From positions 1 through 62,734 of the forward strand of contig JAFUYI010000002.1 in the NCBI GenBank assembly GCA_017470585.1: 62,734 nucleotides of DNA. Reading direction: 5' to 3'. Both the position numbers and the translations under genes were made by a program. Below, piece by piece: positions 38,068-48,479 of this stretch. The notes beneath the pieces were generated by a model that had not been told where the DNA came from, did not search any database, and saw nothing but the letters and a program-made list of their open reading frames with translations. The number at the start of each line of letters is the position of its first letter. Position 1 is the first letter of the stretch. Source of the DNA: Alphaproteobacteria bacterium (lineage in GTDB: Bacteria; Pseudomonadota; Alphaproteobacteria; RF32; CAG-239).

Positions 38068-39600
38068 ATGTACAAACTATCCAGAAATCGCATTCTTGTC
38101 ATTATGGCAATTTGCCTGACAGGAATATTTTTCGCGCTTCCGAACTTTTTGGGCGGAAGTGTGAAACTGCCGCAGTGGTGGCAGCCGGTTAATCTCGGAC
38201 TTGATTTGCAAGGCGGTTCAAGCCTGCTTTTGAAAGTTCAGATTGATGAAGTTATCAAAGAAAGAATGTCCCTGTTGGAAGATTCGGCACGTCAAACTCT
38301 CCGTGATGCCAGAATCCGCCCGCAAAGCATACGCGCCGGAGCTGATAGCCTGAAAATCAAAATTGATAACTTAAACGCTCGCAACAAAGCGATGAATCTT
38401 CTGAAAAAAGGAAACGAAGATTATAATATCGCCGAAAACGATTCCACAATCGAGATGACCTATACCGAGCAAGCCCTAACCAATTTGAAATTAAAGACAA
38501 TTGACCAATCTATTGAAGTTGTGCGCCGCCGTATTGATGCCGCCGGAACCAAAGAACCTTCAATTCAACGTCAAGGCAGCGATCAAATTGCCGTTCAGCT
38601 TCCCGGTGAGCAAAATCCCGAATATATTAAATCTCTGCTCGGCAAAACCGCTAAATTGTCTTTCAATCTGGTTGACCGCAGCACTACCGCCGCGGCCGCC
38701 CGTTTGAGCAACAAAGCAAGAGTTGTTTCCGGTCAGGAAGGCGGCACTTATGTCGTTACCTCCAAACCCGTGGTAACCGGAGAACATTTAACCGATGCTT
38801 CGGCAACTTACAGTGAAGGACAGCCGGTTGTCAGCTTTAAGTTTGATACCATCGGCGGCAAGAAATTCGGCGAAGCCACTTCCAAGCACGTCAACGAAGC
38901 CTTGGCAATTATTCTTGACAACGAGGTTATCTCTGCCCCCAATATCAACGGTCCCATCACCGGAGGTTCGGGTATAATTTCCGGCAATTTCACCATTGAA
39001 TCCGCCAATGAATTGGCAATGTTGTTGCGTTCCGGCGCACTTCCGGCTCCGTTGGAGATTTTGGAGGAAAGAACCGTCGGCGCGGGACTGGGTGCCGATT
39101 CGATTAAAGCCGGTATTACCGCTTCAGTCATCGGTTTGATTCTGGTGGTCTTGTTTATGATTGCCGCATACGGATTATTTGGAATTTTTACCACGATCGC
39201 GGTATTCTTGAACCTGTTTTTAATGTTGGGTGTTTTAAGCCTTATCGGTGCAACCCTGACTTTACCGGGCATTGCCGGTGTTATCTTAACTATCGGTATG
39301 GCGGTTGATGCCAATGTTTTGATTTTTGAGAGAATGCGCGAAGAAGTCAATCACGGCCGTTCCACCAAAGATGCGGCCGAAGCCGGATTTACCGAGGCAT
39401 GGGCAACAATTGTTGACTCCAACCTTACAACTTTGGTTGCGGCCTTTGTTCTGCTTTATTTCGGCACCGGACCGGTAAGAGGATTCGCCGTAACACTGGC
39501 GATAGGTATTGCAACCTCAATGTTTACATCCGTAACGGTTACAAGGCTGATTATCACCGGTTGGATTATAAAATATAAACCGACCAGATTGCCTATTTAA
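38068..39600 (+). CDS. secD: Protein translocase subunit SecD
   Basis: LGLDLQGG, LLRSGALPAPL, IGMAVDANVLIFER. Confidence 0.97.
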   Translation: MYKLSRNRILVIMAICLTGIFFALPNFLGGSVKLPQWWQPVNLGLDLQGGSSLLLKVQIDEVIKERMSLLEDSARQTLRDARIRPQSIRAGADSLKIKIDNLNARNKAMNLLKKGNEDYNIAENDSTIEMTYTEQALTNLKLKTIDQSIEVVRRRIDAAGTKEPSIQRQGSDQIAVQLPGEQNPEYIKSLLGKTAKLSFNLVDRSTTAAAARLSNKARVVSGQEGGTYVVTSKPVVTGEHLTDASATYSEGQPVVSFKFDTIGGKKFGEATSKHVNEALAIILDNEVISAPNINGPITGGSGIISGNFTIESANELAMLLRSGALPAPLEILEERTVGAGLGADSIKAGITASVIGLILVVLFMIAAYGLFGIFTTIAVFLNLFLMLGVLSLIGATLTLPGIAGVILTIGMAVDANVLIFERMREEVNHGRSTKDAAEAGFTEAWATIVDSNLTTLVAAFVLLYFGTGPVRGFAVTLAIGIATSMFTSVTVTRLIITGWIIKYKPTRLPI

Positions 39601-39620
39601 CGTGAAAGGGATAAAATAAA

Positions 39621-40556
39621 ATGAAAATGTTTAGCTGGGTGACTAAAGACACCAACATTGATTTCTTAAAATACCGCAAACCGGGTTATATCTTTTCGGT
39701 TTTGTTGTGTGTTTTATCCATATTGAGCATAAGCCTCAAAGGTTTTAATTACGGCATTGATTTTTCGGGCGGAATTTTGCTTGAAATTAAAAGCCAAGAA
39801 ACCATTAACATTGATAATATCAGAAAACAGCTTAACGGCGTGGTTGATGATTTGAATCTGCAAGCCATCGGCGATAACGGCGATGAGATGATGATCCGCG
39901 CTCAAGCCAAAACTCTGGATGAAAAAGCCCAAATGGCTGCCGTCAACCAAATCAAAGAGATTTTAGGCAACGGCTATGAATACCGCAAGGTTGAGCTGGT
40001 CGGTCCGCAAGTCGGCGATGAACTCAAAAAAGCCGGAATTTTAGCTTCGCTCATTGCGATTGTCGCCATAAGCCTTTATATTTGGTTTCGCTTTGAATGG
40101 CAGTTTGCCATCGGAGCTATGGTCGGGCTTACCCATGATATTTTGGTTACGGTAGGGTTGCTGTCGTTGTTTGGTTTTGATATAAGCTTAACCACAGTTG
40201 CGGCGATTTTGACCTTGGCAGGGTATTCCATTAACGACACTGTGGTAAACTATGACCGTATCCGTGAAAACTTACGCAAATTTAAGAGAATGCCGCAGTA
40301 CGATTTGTTAAATAAGAGTACCAATGACATTTTCTCGCGCACGATTTTAACCGGAATTACCACATTGCTGGCGGCACTTGCCCTGTTTGCTTTCGGCGGC
40401 GATACACTGCGCAGTTTTTCGTTCACTATTCTGTGGGGCGTAATTATCGGAACTTATTCCTCAATCTATATTTCCACAACTTTAATGAACTTGTTTGACC
40501 TGCGCGCCAGCCAAAATCAGGAAAAAAATATCAATCCTTTCGGCAATGTCGAATAA
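39621..40556 (+). CDS. secF: Protein translocase subunit SecF
   Basis: GIDFSGG, VGPQVGDEL, GYSINDTVVNYDRIRE, GTYSSIYI. Confidence 0.97.
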   Translation: MKMFSWVTKDTNIDFLKYRKPGYIFSVLLCVLSILSISLKGFNYGIDFSGGILLEIKSQETINIDNIRKQLNGVVDDLNLQAIGDNGDEMMIRAQAKTLDEKAQMAAVNQIKEILGNGYEYRKVELVGPQVGDELKKAGILASLIAIVAISLYIWFRFEWQFAIGAMVGLTHDILVTVGLLSLFGFDISLTTVAAILTLAGYSINDTVVNYDRIRENLRKFKRMPQYDLLNKSTNDIFSRTILTGITTLLAALALFAFGGDTLRSFSFTILWGVIIGTYSSIYISTTLMNLFDLRASQNQEKNINPFGNVE

Positions 40557-40717
40557 ACTTAAAAAAAGTAAAAAATCCCCCGGCTTCAAAAATGTCGGGG
40601 GATTTTTTACACTCTGCTTTCAGGGATACAGTTCAAAAAATGCGTTTTTTTATAAAATTTTATAAAAAAAATCTTGACAGGAGGGAAAAATTACTCTAAT
40701 TAGATAACAGCTTTTAT

Positions 40718-40794
40718 GGCGGGGTAGCTCAGTTGGTTAGAGCAGTGGAATCATAATCCATTTGTCGTTGGTTCGAATCCGACCCTCGCTACCA
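40718..40794 (+). tRNA. tRNA-Met(CAU), probably elongator
   Basis: GGCGGGG acceptor, TAGCTCAGTTGGTTAGAGC D-arm, GTGGA-ATCATAA-TCCAT anticodon arm, GTTCGAATC, CCA. Confidence 0.93.
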
Positions 40795-40797
40795 TTG

Positions 40798-40829
40798 AAA
40801 AGGGGCAGTTTTTATGAACTGCCCCTTTT
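40798..40829. terminator. Bidirectional terminator for tRNA-Met and copy 10
   Basis: AAAAGGGGCAGTT / AACTGCCCCTTTT. Confidence 0.8.
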
Positions 40830-40840
40830 GATATGAGTCG

Positions 40841-41338
40841 TTACGGTGCCGTGTATGTTATGGTTATGTTTTGGCTGTAATCTCCTGGAGTGGGAACGGT
40901 GTCATAATATGATATAAAATCATACTGAAAATCAAACAGATTCTCCTCGGTGTGCCTTATATAACCTTCCATAAGGCTTAATCCTCCTATATATATTCCC
41001 CCCGGGCTTACCGTAAAACATGGATGATGACTATTTAGTTCATCAACTTTGCACGAATCGGGGACATTGGCGGTAAAAGATCCCAGCCTATCACCGCTTA
41101 TAGATATTATTCCTCCGGTTTTAGAGATAATCATTCCGGTTTCTGTGTCCATAATAATATTTCCTTCTGTTTGAGCGGGATCAATGGTAATCGTGCCAAG
41201 ATCCCAATCATAAGCTGTCAAGCTAACATCGTGGGCTATTGTGGCGGTAACGGTCATTGTGGCGGAATTGGAGGCCATTGCGGCATAACTGCCAAGAGCA
41301 ACGCCTGCAACACCGAGCATTAAAATATATTTATTCAT
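40841..41338 (-). CDS. Secreted pilin-like protein, copy 10 (paralog of copy 5)
   Basis: DTVPTPGDYSQNITITYTAP identical to copy 5. Confidence 0.72.
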   Translation of the reverse strand: MNKYILMLGVAGVALGSYAAMASNSATMTVTATIAHDVSLTAYDWDLGTITIDPAQTEGNIIMDTETGMIISKTGGIISISGDRLGSFTANVPDSCKVDELNSHHPCFTVSPGGIYIGGLSLMEGYIRHTEENLFDFQYDFISYYDTVPTPGDYSQNITITYTAP

Positions 41339-41583
41339 CTTAATTTATTAACGTCATAAAAAAGAAACCACCTGTTGGGTTTTTCACCCGCGAGGTGGTC
41401 GGAAGTTGATAGCTGTTACTCGAAACAGTGTGCAGTATTTGGTATTCCTACACCTTCCGACCATAATTCGGTCAGAAGCAATTTTATGTCTTGATAGGAC
41501 ATCGAGTACGAGGCTATCACACCTCAAAACGAATTTCTCTTCGTTTCAAGTGGCACCATAGCATATTTTTTTATGCAAATCAA
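41339..41583 (-). ncRNA. Promoter plus structured leader, copy 10
   Basis: TTGATT-N17-TATGGT; TGATAGC/GCTATCA and TACTCGA/TCGAGTA; internal hairpin shortened. Confidence 0.83.
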
Positions 41584-41652
41584 GCAAAATTTTACCAAAC
41601 AATAAAAAAAGCCTCCATTTTGAAATGGAGGCTTTTTATGGTTTCTAAACAA

Positions 41653-42204
41653 TTAGAAATTGTATCTTACACCCAAAGAGAACTCGTCAATGGCATCAGC
41701 ATAAGATTTTTGGGTATATACATGGCGATACATACCGCGAACAGACCAATTCTCGTCAACGTTATATTGAGCACCGGCGTTCAAACGATAACCGGTAGAA
41801 TGATCTTTAGAAGTGCCGTCAAAGGTATTTCTTACTTTGAAAGTGTATTCACCGACACCGGCACCGGCAATCAGTTCAACTTTGCCTTCGCAACCCAAGG
41901 GGAGGTATCCCAAAGCATCAACACCGTAAGCGGTGAAGCGGCTGTGGTTCAAACCGGCGTTGGCATCACGATTCTTTTCGCCGTTAGAGATCTGATAGAA
42001 AGCTTCCATTCCGAAGTTGCGGATAAATTTAGCACCGGCAACAGCGGAAACAGAGGTGTAATCATCTTCAACCGAATCTTCAATATCATAAGCCCAGTCA
42101 ATAGAAGAATAGTTGCCGTCCAAACCTACATAGGGTTTTACTTCGGCATTGGCAGAGCTTGCAAACAAAGCAGCCGCACCGGCCATCAATAAAGCTTTTT
42201 TCAT
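41653..42204 (-). CDS. Small outer-membrane beta-barrel protein (OmpA-TM/OmpW-like)
   Basis: Signal peptide, alternating beta strands, terminal LGVRYNF. Confidence 0.82.
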   Translation of the reverse strand: MKKALLMAGAAALFASSANAEVKPYVGLDGNYSSIDWAYDIEDSVEDDYTSVSAVAGAKFIRNFGMEAFYQISNGEKNRDANAGLNHSRFTAYGVDALGYLPLGCEGKVELIAGAGVGEYTFKVRNTFDGTSKDHSTGYRLNAGAQYNVDENWSVRGMYRHVYTQKSYADAIDEFSLGVRYNF

Positions 42205-42421
42205 AGTTTATTTGTCCTTTTATAAAAGTTTTTAATTTGTCTTTTGACAATATTGCCTCTCTATAAAATACGTTTTGAAAGCATTTGTCAAGCAATTTTT
42301 CAGCAAAAAATAAATTAGTTGTATGAAAATAAAATTAAGGGGCATAAATTTGAGAATAAACTTGTAAAAATTGCCGCAATGGCTTATTTTGGGCGTATCT
42401 GAAATATCAAAGGAGAAAATT

Positions 42422-43900
42422 ATGCGTTTATTCTTGATGATAACTCTTTGCCTCACAGCGGGAATTTCAAGTGCTTTTGCTCAAGAAAATCTTGTTTCCG
42501 AGGATAAAAGAACCTCGCTTGACATCAGCATCTACAATCAAAATATGGCGTTTGTCAAAGATGTGCGCTCAACCGATTTAAGCGAGGGCATAAATGACAT
42601 TGCCTTTGAGGGGGTGGCTTCCGCCATTAAGCCGGAAACGGCGATACTTTTTGCCGATGAGATAAAAGTTTTGGAGCAGAATTACGATTATGATTTACTC
42701 ACTCCGGTTAATATTTTGGATAAATCGGTCGGGCAGAAAGTCAAAACCGCGGTTGTCAATCCCATGACCGGAAGCGATATATTCAACCATGCCGAAATTG
42801 TAAGCACTGCCGGCAATATGCCCGTGTTGGCTTTTGATTACGGCATTGAAACCGAATTTCCGGGACGGATAATTTTTGAAAAACTGCCGCAGGGACTGCG
42901 CAGCAAACCGTCACTGGTTGCCAAAATCATAAGTCAAACCCAAACCAAAAAAGATATTTCGCTTGCCTATCTTACCAACGGCATAAATTGGAAAACCGAT
43001 TACGTTGCCAAGGTTGAAGATGATAATCATCTCGATTTGACCGGATGGGTTACGATTAACAATGAATCGGGAACCGATTATAAAGATGCCCGTATTCAGC
43101 TTATAGCAGGCTCCGTAAATGAAGTTCCTCAAGTTGTTTCGGGAAGAAGATTCGCCGTGATGAAAGCGGCGGTGGCAATAGATTATGCCGCCGATAACGG
43201 TATCAGTGAGGGAGCCTCGGAACAGGATTTGAGCGGCTATCATCTTTATACTTTACCGAAGCGCACCACCATTAAAGATAAGCAGAAAAAACAAATAAGC
43301 CTGATTGAAAAAAATGCCGTCAAATACAAAAAAGAGGCGGTTATTGAAAATTCACTTTATTTTGCTCCGTCTTCGGGGGCGCAGTTTGAGCAGGTTCATC
43401 CGGCAATGTTTTATGTTATGAAGAACGAGGAAAGCGAAAATTTAGGATTACAGTTGCCCGCAGGTATTATCCGTTTTTATGAAAATGACGATGACGGCAA
43501 TTTACAATTTATCGGAGAAAATTCTATCGGACACACCGCCGAAAAAGAAACTATCCGTTTAAGGCTCGGCAGTTTTGTAAATATTTTTGCCGACGGCAAA
43601 GTAAAAAAGACGCAGAAGTTAAGCAGCGGCGACCCCAAACCTGACGGAAATCGTTGCAAGCTCTACAAGGATATGTATGCTTACGATGCCGAAATTAAGG
43701 TTACCAACTCTTCTTCCAAACCGCAGGAAGCAGTTTATAAACAAAGCCTTCCGGCAGATACCGTAATCACCGCCGAAAATATTAAAGGAATATCTAAAAA
43801 CGCTTCCACTTTTGAGTGGCGTTTTGAAGTTCCCGCCAAAAGCGAAAAGGTTTTAGAGTTTTCGCTTAAATCCCCGTATTCAAGGCGTGTTTGTGACTAA
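42422..43900 (+). CDS. DUF4139-family secreted protein
   Basis: ISIYNQNMAFVKDVR, EQNYDYDLL, YLTNGINW..DY, GYHLYTL. Confidence 0.8.
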   Translation: MRLFLMITLCLTAGISSAFAQENLVSEDKRTSLDISIYNQNMAFVKDVRSTDLSEGINDIAFEGVASAIKPETAILFADEIKVLEQNYDYDLLTPVNILDKSVGQKVKTAVVNPMTGSDIFNHAEIVSTAGNMPVLAFDYGIETEFPGRIIFEKLPQGLRSKPSLVAKIISQTQTKKDISLAYLTNGINWKTDYVAKVEDDNHLDLTGWVTINNESGTDYKDARIQLIAGSVNEVPQVVSGRRFAVMKAAVAIDYAADNGISEGASEQDLSGYHLYTLPKRTTIKDKQKKQISLIEKNAVKYKKEAVIENSLYFAPSSGAQFEQVHPAMFYVMKNEESENLGLQLPAGIIRFYENDDDGNLQFIGENSIGHTAEKETIRLRLGSFVNIFADGKVKKTQKLSSGDPKPDGNRCKLYKDMYAYDAEIKVTNSSSKPQEAVYKQSLPADTVITAENIKGISKNASTFEWRFEVPAKSEKVLEFSLKSPYSRRVCD

Positions 43901-43916
43901 ATAAGGACTAAATAAT

Positions 43917-44909
43917 ATGCGATTGGAACAAAAACTTAATTTATGGGTGAAAAATAACCTGATTGAGCCTTCTCAAAAGCAACAGATTATGGATTTTGAG
44001 CAAAACCGCGGCACGCCGCTTTTCTTCGGCGGAATGGTGTTGCTGGGTATTTTTGCGATTACTTTGGGGGTAATAAGCCTTATTGCCGCCAACTGGGAGT
44101 TTATTCCGGGATGGGTAAAGATTTTCTTTGATATTGTTTTGCTGTCTTTAATTGCCGGAGGGTCTTATTACGCATGGAGCAAAAATCATTTTATCTGGTT
44201 TGAAGCCGGTGTTTTTGCTCTGTTTATGATGGTCGGGGCAAGTATCGGTTTAATCGGACAAGTATTTCAAACCAATGGTTCGTTTGCGTGTGCCGGTCTT
44301 TTCTGGGGGATTATCACCGCTCCTCTTTTGGCTATAAGCAAACGCCGTTCTCTGCCCTTTTGCTGGCTGATATTGTTTTTTTCCAGTCTGTTAAATATTC
44401 CGGCGGTGGAAGAGCTTATTTGGCATCTTTTCAATTGGTGGTTCTGGGCGGATCACCCCGAAGTTGCTTTGATTGCAATTTTGGTACACACCGGAATTAT
44501 TGCCGCTTGTCTTTCAATGGCCGATCATTTGTCGGATTACAAATATCCGATATTCTCCGAGGCGCGCTGGATTGTGTATTTTGCCATGTATTCAAGCCTG
44601 TTGTTCTATATGGTTTTTGCCGCCTTTGAAAGCAAAGCGATTTACTCCTTTAACATCTTTTTCATCAGCGGCATCTTTTTGGGTATTATGGCGGGAGTTG
44701 GTGATAAGCTTCATCGCCCGCGGCAGGTAAAAGCCAATATTGCCATGCTTTACATTGAATGCCTGCTGATATATTTCCGCCTTTTGGGATCTCTGGTAAC
44801 AACCGGCTTCGGTCTTATATTGAGCGGGATTGTGCTTATCGGAGGGCTTTACGGTATGCGCAAAATTATGAGTGAAATCAAAACCGATTGCAGGAGGAAT
44901 ACAAAATGA
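43917..44909 (+). CDS. DUF2157-family membrane protein
   Basis: WVKNNLI, GVISLIAANW..IP, IGLIGQVFQ. Confidence 0.8.
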   Translation: MRLEQKLNLWVKNNLIEPSQKQQIMDFEQNRGTPLFFGGMVLLGIFAITLGVISLIAANWEFIPGWVKIFFDIVLLSLIAGGSYYAWSKNHFIWFEAGVFALFMMVGASIGLIGQVFQTNGSFACAGLFWGIITAPLLAISKRRSLPFCWLILFFSSLLNIPAVEELIWHLFNWWFWADHPEVALIAILVHTGIIAACLSMADHLSDYKYPIFSEARWIVYFAMYSSLLFYMVFAAFESKAIYSFNIFFISGIFLGIMAGVGDKLHRPRQVKANIAMLYIECLLIYFRLLGSLVTTGFGLILSGIVLIGGLYGMRKIMSEIKTDCRRNTK

Positions 44910-45340
44910 TAAAAAATAAAATTATTACCGTATTGGCATTTCCGATTGCAATACTGGTTTTATGGATTGCGGATTTAAGCATTCGCACGGCTTTAATGCC
45001 GGAAGTAACGGTAAGAATTGCCGGATATGATCCAAGAGATATTATCTCCGGACATTACATTGCCTATACGATTGATTGGGAAGAAACGGACTGCACGCAG
45101 TTTGCGGGCAGAGTTTGCCCCGAAGATGAATTTAAGAATTATGCCTTGAATGAATATTGGGGCGATCAATATCGGTTTTATATTCCCGAGAGCAAAGCCA
45201 AGGAATTGGATAAAATGTTTCGCAACAGACGTGCGGAACATAATTTTGACATTATATATAAATACACACCGGGATTTCCGCCATTGGCAAAAGAATTGCT
45301 GATTGACGGCAAACCATGGCAGGAAACCATAATTAAATGA
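44906..45340 (+). CDS. GDYXXLXY-domain protein
   Basis: YDPRDIISGHYIAY, RFYIPE; usual partner of DUF2157. Confidence 0.78.
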   Translation: MIKNKIITVLAFPIAILVLWIADLSIRTALMPEVTVRIAGYDPRDIISGHYIAYTIDWEETDCTQFAGRVCPEDEFKNYALNEYWGDQYRFYIPESKAKELDKMFRNRRAEHNFDIIYKYTPGFPPLAKELLIDGKPWQETIIK

Positions 45341-46530
45341 GGAAAAAAATGCAAGCAATTAAGGTAAAAGAAAATATTTATTGGGTAGGTGTCAAGGACT
45401 GGAATTTACGCGAATTTCACGGTTACGCCACCCCAAACGGTTCAACTTACAATTCATATTTAATTGAAGATGAAAAGAAGGTTTTAATTGACGGGGTTAA
45501 AAGTTATCTCTCATCCGAGCAGATAGCACGCATTCAAAGCCGCCTTGACTTATCAAAAATTGACTATTTGATTGTCAATCATGTTGAACAGGATCACTCC
45601 GGCAATATTCCGGAATTGATGAAATTGGCTCCGCAGATGGTAATTGTTACCAATGCGGCGGGAAAAATGGCATTGGAAGCTCATTTTGACACGACAGGCT
45701 GGAATTTTATGATTGTTAAAACCGGCGATAAACTTGATTTGGGCAAACGTTGTATAACCTTTGTTACTACTCCGTTGCTGCATTGGCCGGATTCGATGAT
45801 GAGCTATTGCAATGAGGATAAAATTTTGTTTTCCAATGACGGATTCGGACAGCATTATTGTTCTAATACGATTTGGGTTAAGGAAGCCCCCTTTGATTTA
45901 ATCGCAAATGAGGCCAAAAGCTATTACGCTAATATCTTGTTCCCCTACGGAATGCAAGCACAAAAGGCATTAAATACGACAGGCGAGCTTAACCTTGATA
46001 TTGAAATGATTGCCCCGTCGCATGGCTGTATTTGGAGCCAAAAGGAAGAAATCGCTTGGATTTTGGCTCATTACGGCAAATGGGCGGCCGCCGAAAACGA
46101 CGGTTCGGCAGTGGTGGTGTATGATACGATGTGGGGTGCAACCGCTAAACTTGCCGACACGATTACGACGGTGTTCCAAGATGCCGGAGTAAGGGTGGTT
46201 AAACGTTGTTTGAGCAATACGCATATTTCGGAAGTAATGTCCGATATTTTAGAGGCAAAATATGTTGCAATCGGCACTCCGACCTTAAATAACGAGCTGT
46301 TTCCGCGGGTGGCGGCGTTTGTAACCTATCTTAAAGGCTTATCGCCCAAAAATAAGAAGGGTTTTGCTTTCGGATCTTACGGTTGGCGCGGCGGAGTTGT
46401 TAACAAGATTCAAGCCGTGATGGAGGAATTAAAATGGGAAACCATCCCCCCGTTTGAAGAAAAATATACTCCGAAACCGGAAGTTTTGGAACAATTAAAA
46501 AACCACGTCGCAACTATGCTGCAGGATTAA
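45337..46530 (+). CDS. fprA: Flavodiiron protein (FprA family)
   Basis: TYNSYLI, NHVEQDHSG, LHWPDSM, FSNDGFGQH, PSHG, flavodoxin domain. Confidence 0.92.
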   Translation: MRKKMQAIKVKENIYWVGVKDWNLREFHGYATPNGSTYNSYLIEDEKKVLIDGVKSYLSSEQIARIQSRLDLSKIDYLIVNHVEQDHSGNIPELMKLAPQMVIVTNAAGKMALEAHFDTTGWNFMIVKTGDKLDLGKRCITFVTTPLLHWPDSMMSYCNEDKILFSNDGFGQHYCSNTIWVKEAPFDLIANEAKSYYANILFPYGMQAQKALNTTGELNLDIEMIAPSHGCIWSQKEEIAWILAHYGKWAAAENDGSAVVVYDTMWGATAKLADTITTVFQDAGVRVVKRCLSNTHISEVMSDILEAKYVAIGTPTLNNELFPRVAAFVTYLKGLSPKNKKGFAFGSYGWRGGVVNKIQAVMEELKWETIPPFEEKYTPKPEVLEQLKNHVATMLQD

Positions 46531-46563
46531 AAGACAGGCGGAGAGGTTACCTCCCCGCCTGAT

Positions 46564-47088
46564 TTACTCCCAATCCGAGAGGTAAGTAACAGTAATTGAT
46601 GATTGATATGTACCGGTGCTGGGAGGGGATGAATAAAACAGACCGCCGGTACAGACCGCGTAATTATTATCGGCGATTTTAGAAAAAATAAAACACGCGC
46701 TAAATCCTCCCATATCTATGAGTCCTGAACACTCTGCTTCACCAAGACTCAAACGCCACCATTCTTCCCCAAGATCAACGTTTGTACTGAATAGCCCCAT
46801 ACTTTCATTGCGGACTTCAACTATTCCTCCGCGTGTTTCGAGAGTATCATTGCAATCTAATCTATATAAAGAACCACTGTTAAGGTTTTTGTTTATAACA
46901 ATCGTTCCTATATTTATATCTCTGGTTACGTCAAAATCAACATCCATGCTTGCTGTTCTAAAACTGCCTAAAGTTATTTCGTGGTCAATAGTGGTTGAAA
47001 TTGCAAAATTTTCGGATACTGCCGCGGCGTTATAGGCGGTATACGAGATGCCTGTTAATAGAAGAATTAAAAAAGTTTTGTTTGTCAT
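46564..47088 (-). CDS. Secreted pilin-like protein, copy 11 (type B)
   Basis: MTNKTFLILLL, AVSENFAISTTIDHEITLG, GTYQSSITVTY. Confidence 0.7.
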   Translation of the reverse strand: MTNKTFLILLLTGISYTAYNAAAVSENFAISTTIDHEITLGSFRTASMDVDFDVTRDINIGTIVINKNLNSGSLYRLDCNDTLETRGGIVEVRNESMGLFSTNVDLGEEWWRLSLGEAECSGLIDMGGFSACFIFSKIADNNYAVCTGGLFYSSPPSTGTYQSSITVTYLSDWE

Positions 47089-47361
47089 CGTGCTTCCCTT
47101 TACGGTTTCTTTATTTACACTAAAAAAAGAAAACCACCTGTTGACTCTTGAGAGCCGCGAGGTGGCTGGAAGCGGAAAACTGTACTATAGAACAGTGCAA
47201 AGTATTTGAGTTGCCTCTTATTCCTTTACCTTCCAGCCATTGTTATAGCAGGAAGAATTTTTACGTTTTTCTTAAAAACGCTATAGTAGAGGCTTTCCGA
47301 CCTCAAAACGGAATTTTCTCCGTTTCAGATTCAAACTAGCACAAAAATTTTTTGTTGTCAA
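47089..47361 (-). ncRNA. Promoter plus structured leader, copy 11
   Basis: TTGACA-N17-TAGTTT; CGGAAA/TTTCCG, TACTATAG/CTATAGTA, TGGCTGGAAG/CTTCCAGCCA. Confidence 0.85.
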
Positions 47362-47432
47362 AACAAAATTAAAAAAATTATGCCGAGAAAAGCAAAAACG
47401 CGGTGCGGCAATAAAATCTTGGTAAAATCGGT

Positions 47433-48479
47433 TTAGTACAATTCGCTTTTTTTATAGCGGGTAATGGCATAACGGAGCAGAACACCGATAATCGCCGCGG
47501 CCGGAACGGCTATCATCAAGCCCAAAAAGCCCAGCAAAACACCTCCCGACAGGAGTGCAAACATTATCCACACCGGGTGCAGTCCGACACTGTCACCGAC
47601 CAGTTTCGGGGTTAGGAAGTTTCCTTCCAAAAACTGCCCGATTAAGAATACCGCAATTACAGCCGCAAAAGGCTCCCATGTGTTAAACTGTGCCGCTGCC
47701 AAAGCCATACTCATTAAGAATCCCGAAATACTTCCGACATACGGAATAAACGAGATAAGACCGGCAATAAATCCCACCGTAAGTCCCAAGTCCAGCCCGC
47801 ACAGATTAAGCCCGACTGCGTAAAAAGTACCCAAAATCAGGCATACGCTTAACTGTCCGCGGATAAAACCCGCCATGGTGCGGTCAATCTCGCGTGCCTG
47901 TTCAATGATTATGTCTTTAGATTTGCGGGGCAGAAGATCTTTTATTTTGGCAAGGAATTTGTCCCAATCCCGCAACATATAGAACGCCACAACCGGAGTT
48001 ATCAGCAACAAAGAAATTACATTGATAATCATTGCTCCGCCGGAGATTATGCCTTTGAGAAGACCGCCCAAAAGTTTCAAGTTGTTTGCCATGTTGGCGC
48101 GTATCCACTCTTTGAACTTATCTGCTTCAAGAGCCGGAAAATCCTGCTGCAGGTTTGATAAAATCGGCTCAAGTTTTTTCATCAATGCGCTGACATATCC
48201 CGGTACTGCATCAATAAAAACCACTATCTGGGCATTGATTACGTTAATCAGCAGAACAAACGCCGGAACGGCAATCACCACCACCAGAAAAACGGTTAAA
48301 ATCGTTGCCAAGGTGCGGTTCATTTTCATCTTAACAAAGCGGGCGGTAACCGGAGCCAAGAGATAGGCAATAATTATCCCCGCGACAAAAGGAAGCAATA
48401 CCGAACGCAGGGCATACATTGCCAAGAAAAACAATACCGCAAGCGTTATCCAAAACATTTTATTTGATGATTTTTTCAT
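47433..48479 (-). CDS. AI-2E family transporter (PerM-like)
   Basis: LLPFVAG..IAYLL, FIRGQL, FIPYVG, QFLEGNFLTPKLVG..VGLHP. Confidence 0.9.
   Translation of the reverse strand: MKKSSNKMFWITLAVLFFLAMYALRSVLLPFVAGIIIAYLLAPVTARFVKMKMNRTLATILTVFLVVVIAVPAFVLLINVINAQIVVFIDAVPGYVSALMKKLEPILSNLQQDFPALEADKFKEWIRANMANNLKLLGGLLKGIISGGAMIINVISLLLITPVVAFYMLRDWDKFLAKIKDLLPRKSKDIIIEQAREIDRTMAGFIRGQLSVCLILGTFYAVGLNLCGLDLGLTVGFIAGLISFIPYVGSISGFLMSMALAAAQFNTWEPFAAVIAVFLIGQFLEGNFLTPKLVGDSVGLHPVWIMFALLSGGVLLGFLGLMIAVPAAAIIGVLLRYAITRYKKSELY

Noticed and set aside
41491-42192. Long antisense ORFs (also 27350-28126, 32455-33120, 54418-55179, 55293-56132, 58789-59412)
   Set aside because: They overlap better-supported genes on the opposite strand and show no recognisable motifs.
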